NCBI GenBank assembly: GCA_963809895.1
Contig: CAWELD010000003.1
Location: 1,760,001-1,824,000, forward strand
Reading direction: 5' to 3'
From: an uncultured Gemmatimonadales bacterium
Lineage (GTDB): Bacteria; Gemmatimonadota; Gemmatimonadetes; Longimicrobiales; Gaopeijiaceae
Length of the DNA: 64,000 nucleotides
Part shown: piece by piece, positions 60,184 through 64,000 of the stretch
How positions within the stretch are numbered: the first letter of the stretch is position 1
Layout of the letters: the number at the start of each line of letters is the position of its first letter
Notes under the pieces: generated by a model
The model's input: the letters and a program-made list of their open reading frames with translations, nothing else
What the model was told of the DNA's origin: nothing
The model's database searches: none
Position numbers and translations under genes: made by a program

Positions 60184-60325
60184 CGTGGATCCCCCCGGCA
60201 TGGACAAACGCTGACGTCGCATCCGAACGCTACTCGGGGCGCGATCCCCGACTCAACGGGGCGGGGGTCAATTTCCGGTCAAGATCCTGCAAACCTCGGT
60301 GACAGACCCGCAAAACCCAGGTCGT

Positions 60326-60841
60326 TCACAGCCTCAGCGCCATCTCGTCCAGATCCGGATAGATCGGCCCACCCGCCTCGGGGCGCTCCTGGCCCTTGAG
60401 GAGGCGAATCACCCGGTCCCGGGGGATCTCGAAGGCCTCGGCGATGGAGTCGAGGATGCCGGGCTCCTCGACGTAGGTTGCGCGCAGCTCCACTACATCG
60501 GCATCGGTGAAGCCGTCGGAGGCCGGCTCGCCCCCGTCGGCGGGAGGTGGAGCGGGCTGTGCCGTCACGGGGGGCCCGGGAGCGGCCGGCGGCATCTTTC
60601 GTACGGGCTCCTCCGGCAGTCCGAAGAGCTCCATGAGCGAGCCCCGACGCACCTCGCGCGGCTTGCCCGGCCGCGCCCAGTCCGGAACCTCGTCGGTGGC
60701 GAAGATGCGCCAGTGGGCCAGGCCCTCGACCTCGTCGGGTGCGATGCCGTAGCGACGCGCGATGGCGACCGTCGACTCTTCGGTCGTCCAATACGCCTTG
60801 CGAACGGCCATGCGGCCGGAGCGTGACAGATCTCTCAGCAT
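60326..60841 (-). CDS. Hypothetical protein with two HTH-like segments
   Basis: TVAIARRYGIAPDEV and LDSIAEAFEIPRDRVIRLL separated by a Pro-rich linker. Confidence 0.6.
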   Translation of the reverse strand: MLRDLSRSGRMAVRKAYWTTEESTVAIARRYGIAPDEVEGLAHWRIFATDEVPDWARPGKPREVRRGSLMELFGLPEEPVRKMPPAAPGPPVTAQPAPPPADGGEPASDGFTDADVVELRATYVEEPGILDSIAEAFEIPRDRVIRLLKGQERPEAGGPIYPDLDEMALRL

Positions 60842-60959
60842 CGGGGGGCTGGTGCCGGGAAACGTCGAGAGGTGCGGCGGGCGGCGGGATACCGCGCCAT
60901 GCGCTGAATGGCAGATAATGAAATGCCACCGCGGGCGAGGATCAAGACGCCGCCCTGGA

Positions 60960-61502
60960 TCAGGCGGACATGCCCGCCAGGTCGTCGGCGAGGCTCAGGG
61001 TGAATTCAGCCAACGCCTGGAGCTGCTCCACGCTCTCGATTTCATCGTTGCGCCCGGCCAGCGAGGCCGCGAGCCGGCGACCCCGCACCTGAACGTCCAC
61101 GTCGTACCCCAGGGACGGGGGCCGATGACGCGACCGATCCGGCCTGGCGAGATCACTGCCGGCGCTCACGATGCACACGGTCCACTGACGAGCGTCTCCC
61201 TCGGTGGTTCGTGTACCCTGGAGGAAGAGACAGATTCGGCGGCGTCCGGCCTCGCCCGACACGACACTGGACGGGAGCCGGGGGGCTCCCGAGGCGTAGC
61301 GGAAGCGCGCGAACCCTTCGAAGCCCTCCGCCAGCGATTGGGCCGTCCCGTCGTCCTCGGCCAGATACCGCCATCCGCGCCTCTCGGCCAGCTCCTGGAA
61401 CGGTCGTGCCCGCTCCCGCTGCTGTTTTCGCGCAGCGACCACGAAGGCCACCACCAGGAGGACCAGCCCCAACAAGCCGAGCGGCGCCAGAACGTCGATC
61501 AC
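60960..61502 (-). CDS. Hypothetical membrane-anchored protein
   Basis: N-terminal TM helix, then QELAERRGWRY; GTGA overlap with the upstream gene. Confidence 0.65.
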   Translation of the reverse strand: MIDVLAPLGLLGLVLLVVAFVVAARKQQRERARPFQELAERRGWRYLAEDDGTAQSLAEGFEGFARFRYASGAPRLPSSVVSGEAGRRRICLFLQGTRTTEGDARQWTVCIVSAGSDLARPDRSRHRPPSLGYDVDVQVRGRRLAASLAGRNDEIESVEQLQALAEFTLSLADDLAGMSA

Positions 61503-62020
61503 GGCGAGATGTGCAAGCCCAACAACGCGTCGTTGCCGAGTATGGGTCGATCGATACGGATCAGCGTAGGATCGCTCAGTCCGGCGCCCACGCCGGCGAT
61601 CTCCACCACGTGCGCCCGATCATCCCGCTCGGCCTCGCGGTGGTGGCCGAAGACGAGGTGAAGGCTCACGCCCACCGCGTGGTGGAGCTCGTGCTCCCCG
61701 GGCACGTGCAGGCGTTTCACCTTCCAGTCCGGCGAGGCGTCGAGCATCCCGTCGTGGGCCACCAGTCGATTCTCGCCGTCGTAGACGTGTACGGCGGCGA
61801 TCCAGGCGTCACTGGCCCCGGTGCGGTAGCGGACCTGCACGTCCTCCAGCTTCACGGTCTGGCCCAGAATCTCCAGCGGCGTGCCCACGGCGTAGTGGAC
61901 CCACGCGGAACGTCCACTCCTGCCCGCGAATCGCGCGAAGAAACCGGCCCGCCAGGTGGCGCGAAGCGCGTCCTCGTTCTCGATGCGGGCGTCGTGCCCG
62001 TGGATCCAGTAGCAGCTCAT
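61499..62020 (-). CDS. Hypothetical protein, DUF6623-like
   Basis: WIHGH..RIE, WVHYAVGTP, AVHVYDGE resemble DUF6623 (from recall, not searched); ATGA overlap with the hydrolase gene. Confidence 0.6.
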   Translation of the reverse strand: MSCYWIHGHDARIENEDALRATWRAGFFARFAGRSGRSAWVHYAVGTPLEILGQTVKLEDVQVRYRTGASDAWIAAVHVYDGENRLVAHDGMLDASPDWKVKRLHVPGEHELHHAVGVSLHLVFGHHREAERDDRAHVVEIAGVGAGLSDPTLIRIDRPILGNDALLGLHISP

Positions 62021-63810
62021 GGGCTGGTGGGGGTGTCGGTGACGAAATCGACGATCTGGGTGCCCAGAAAGCGCGGTCGCTCCACGTGAATCGAATGTCC
62101 AGTGTGCTCCAGGAACACCCCGCGGCCCGGAAGCGCGGAAAGATCTCGCGCCATGTCACGGCTGCGGTCGAAAATGTGGGCGAAATCGTAGCTGTCGTGC
62201 TTGCCGCTCAGGAGGAGCAGCGGGCGGTCCATCCTGGAATAGAGCGCACCGCTACCGCCGGGAACGGTGTCGCGGTGACTGAACAGCAGCTGCTCGAACG
62301 CCACCCGCCAGTGCCAGCGCCGGTACTGCTCGCAGTAGACCTCGGCGATGTCCCGCACGCCGCCCTGGATGGCCACGGCCTTGCATCCCCACTCGTCGCT
62401 GTACCAGGTCTCCGAAGGGGCGGGGAGGTTGAAGTCGCTGAAGGTCACCACCTCCATGACGTCGTTGAGGGCGCCTCCGGGCTTCGCGAAGAAGACCTCG
62501 TCGAAGAACTTGCGGCGATCCTCCGGCACCTCCGCCGCCCGCGAATTGTCCCGGGTCTGGCGGATGGACTCGTCCTTGAAGAAGTCGTTCCCAACCCCGA
62601 ACGATGCCCACACGCTGGCCGGTGACCACGCGACATGCCGCCGAATCCAGCGATTGAGGGGCCTGGTGGCTCCGGACAGGTTCCCACGAAGGACGGGGTT
62701 GTCCAGGCGCAGTGAGAGGTTCCCCCCGAGGCTTCCCCCCACGACGGTGACATCGTCCAGCGGGCGCCCGACCTGCCGCGACAGCTCTTCGAGGAAGGCC
62801 CCCAGAAATTCCTCGTAGAATTCGAGGATGGGATAGCGTAGCCCCGGAGGGCGATGGGGCACGCGGTGACCGAAGGTGCTCGGAAACGGGGCCACGGTTT
62901 CGTGGTCGAGCATGGAAGAGTAACCGCGGCAGGGCAGGTCCATGGACACCACCGCGATGCGCTCCCCTCTCTCCTCCGCCACACGGTGAATCCAGGGAAC
63001 GAGCTCCGCCGCCTCCTCGGCGCGGGAGCCGTGGCCGTGGATGAACAGCACCACCCGGTCCTCCTCCGGTAGCCACGGACCCGGATCTTCCGGCACGGAT
63101 CTCCGACCGCCGTCGGCCCAGCGAGAACCCTGCGGAGCCGACTCGCTGGCGGCGATGAAGTACCGGCACACGAGCGTCGTGCCGTTCACCGTCACCGTCA
63201 TGTCGTGTTGTGGCCAACGGGCGGAGGGCACGTTGACCGGCCGGTGCGGGGAGTCCGCTTCGCTGCAGGTGGCCACCCAGCCCAACTCGCCCCGGAGACT
63301 CCGGCGGTCCGCCGGGCCACCGCGAATCGCCCACGCGGTGCGGTAGGCGAGGTCCAGGACGTAGCGCACGCTCCGTTCCAGCTCCGGCCCGTCCACCTCC
63401 CCGTCCAACTCGTCCCGCAGGCGCTCACGCGTGCGTCCGATCAGGTCGTCGTCCTGGGGTTCGCGCACCGAGAATTCGGTGTAGGCGCGCCTTCCGGTCA
63501 CCGCCAGCTGCGCCATGGCGTCGGCCGACGTGGCGGTGACGTCGTCGTGCTCGTCTTCGGTGACCACCCTGTATCGCCGGGCCGCGGCGCGTTCGAGCAT
63601 CTCGCGCACGGGGAGCTCGGCCAGCTCGCGGAACTCGGGCAGCAGACGCCACCCGCTCGGAGGGTGATGGACCGTGGGCGTACCGACGCCGCCGCTCACA
63701 ACGTAGCGGTTCAGCGTCAGCTCGATGGGCGGCGTCCGGAAGTCGGGCGCGAGCTCGTCCTGCTCGCAGTCCTCGTCGAAGGGAGGCTGCAGCTCGTCGA
63801 AGATCAGCAT
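62017..63810 (-). CDS. Alpha/beta-fold hydrolase with a large uncharacterised N-terminal region
   Basis: LFIHGHGS, MDLPCRGYS, GGSLGG nucleophile elbow, SGKHD, TGHSIHVERP. Confidence 0.85.
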   Translation of the reverse strand: MLIFDELQPPFDEDCEQDELAPDFRTPPIELTLNRYVVSGGVGTPTVHHPPSGWRLLPEFRELAELPVREMLERAAARRYRVVTEDEHDDVTATSADAMAQLAVTGRRAYTEFSVREPQDDDLIGRTRERLRDELDGEVDGPELERSVRYVLDLAYRTAWAIRGGPADRRSLRGELGWVATCSEADSPHRPVNVPSARWPQHDMTVTVNGTTLVCRYFIAASESAPQGSRWADGGRRSVPEDPGPWLPEEDRVVLFIHGHGSRAEEAAELVPWIHRVAEERGERIAVVSMDLPCRGYSSMLDHETVAPFPSTFGHRVPHRPPGLRYPILEFYEEFLGAFLEELSRQVGRPLDDVTVVGGSLGGNLSLRLDNPVLRGNLSGATRPLNRWIRRHVAWSPASVWASFGVGNDFFKDESIRQTRDNSRAAEVPEDRRKFFDEVFFAKPGGALNDVMEVVTFSDFNLPAPSETWYSDEWGCKAVAIQGGVRDIAEVYCEQYRRWHWRVAFEQLLFSHRDTVPGGSGALYSRMDRPLLLLSGKHDSYDFAHIFDRSRDMARDLSALPGRGVFLEHTGHSIHVERPRFLGTQIVDFVTDTPTSP

Positions 63811-64000
63811 GGCCGGCCTCTCAGCGCGTGAAGATGCAGCGCACGGCCGAAATCTGCGTGCGGAATCGTCCCTCGTGCCCGGGCTCGGCATGCCCCCACT
63901 GCAGGTTCAGCGATACGCCGACGCCATGCTGTACGGGATGCTCACCCGACACGTCGAAGCGTACGTCGGTCCAATCCCCCGGCCTGTGATGCACCCGGTC

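Overview
High-GC bacterial chromosomal window. Gene content and style (acidobacterial-type PadR plus duplicated ABC permease, ECF/Ser-Thr kinase pair, several sigma-54 activators) suggest Gemmatimonadota or a similar lineage; this is inference only. 1-16.7 kb is a minus-strand type IV pilus locus: partial pilM, two tandem fimT-pilV-pilW-pilX minor-pilin cassettes, two paralogous major-type pilins, two PilS/PilR-like two-component systems and a LysM/M15-like peptidase. Inserted between pilR and pilA is a GT2 polyprenol-phosphate glycosyltransferase plus a TMTC-like TPR-containing GT-C enzyme, a candidate pilin O-glycosylation system. The middle holds housekeeping and accessory genes (sod, dinB, BtpA, AGCS symporter, desaturase, SahR-ahcY, LytS/LytTR, PadR-ABC permease, further GT-C/GT2 genes) and a predicted sigma-54-driven outer-membrane barrel + Tyr/Gly-rich secreted protein pair. 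46.6-54.6 kb is a co-oriented signalling cluster (pseudo-receiver sigma-54 activator, TPR protein, two lipoproteins, ECF sigma, TPR-kinase), followed by cydAB, an ECF41/AhpD pair and orphan genes. At least four genes carry single-base frameshifts in short G runs, most likely sequencing or assembly indels. No rRNA, tRNA, CRISPR array or transposase was found.
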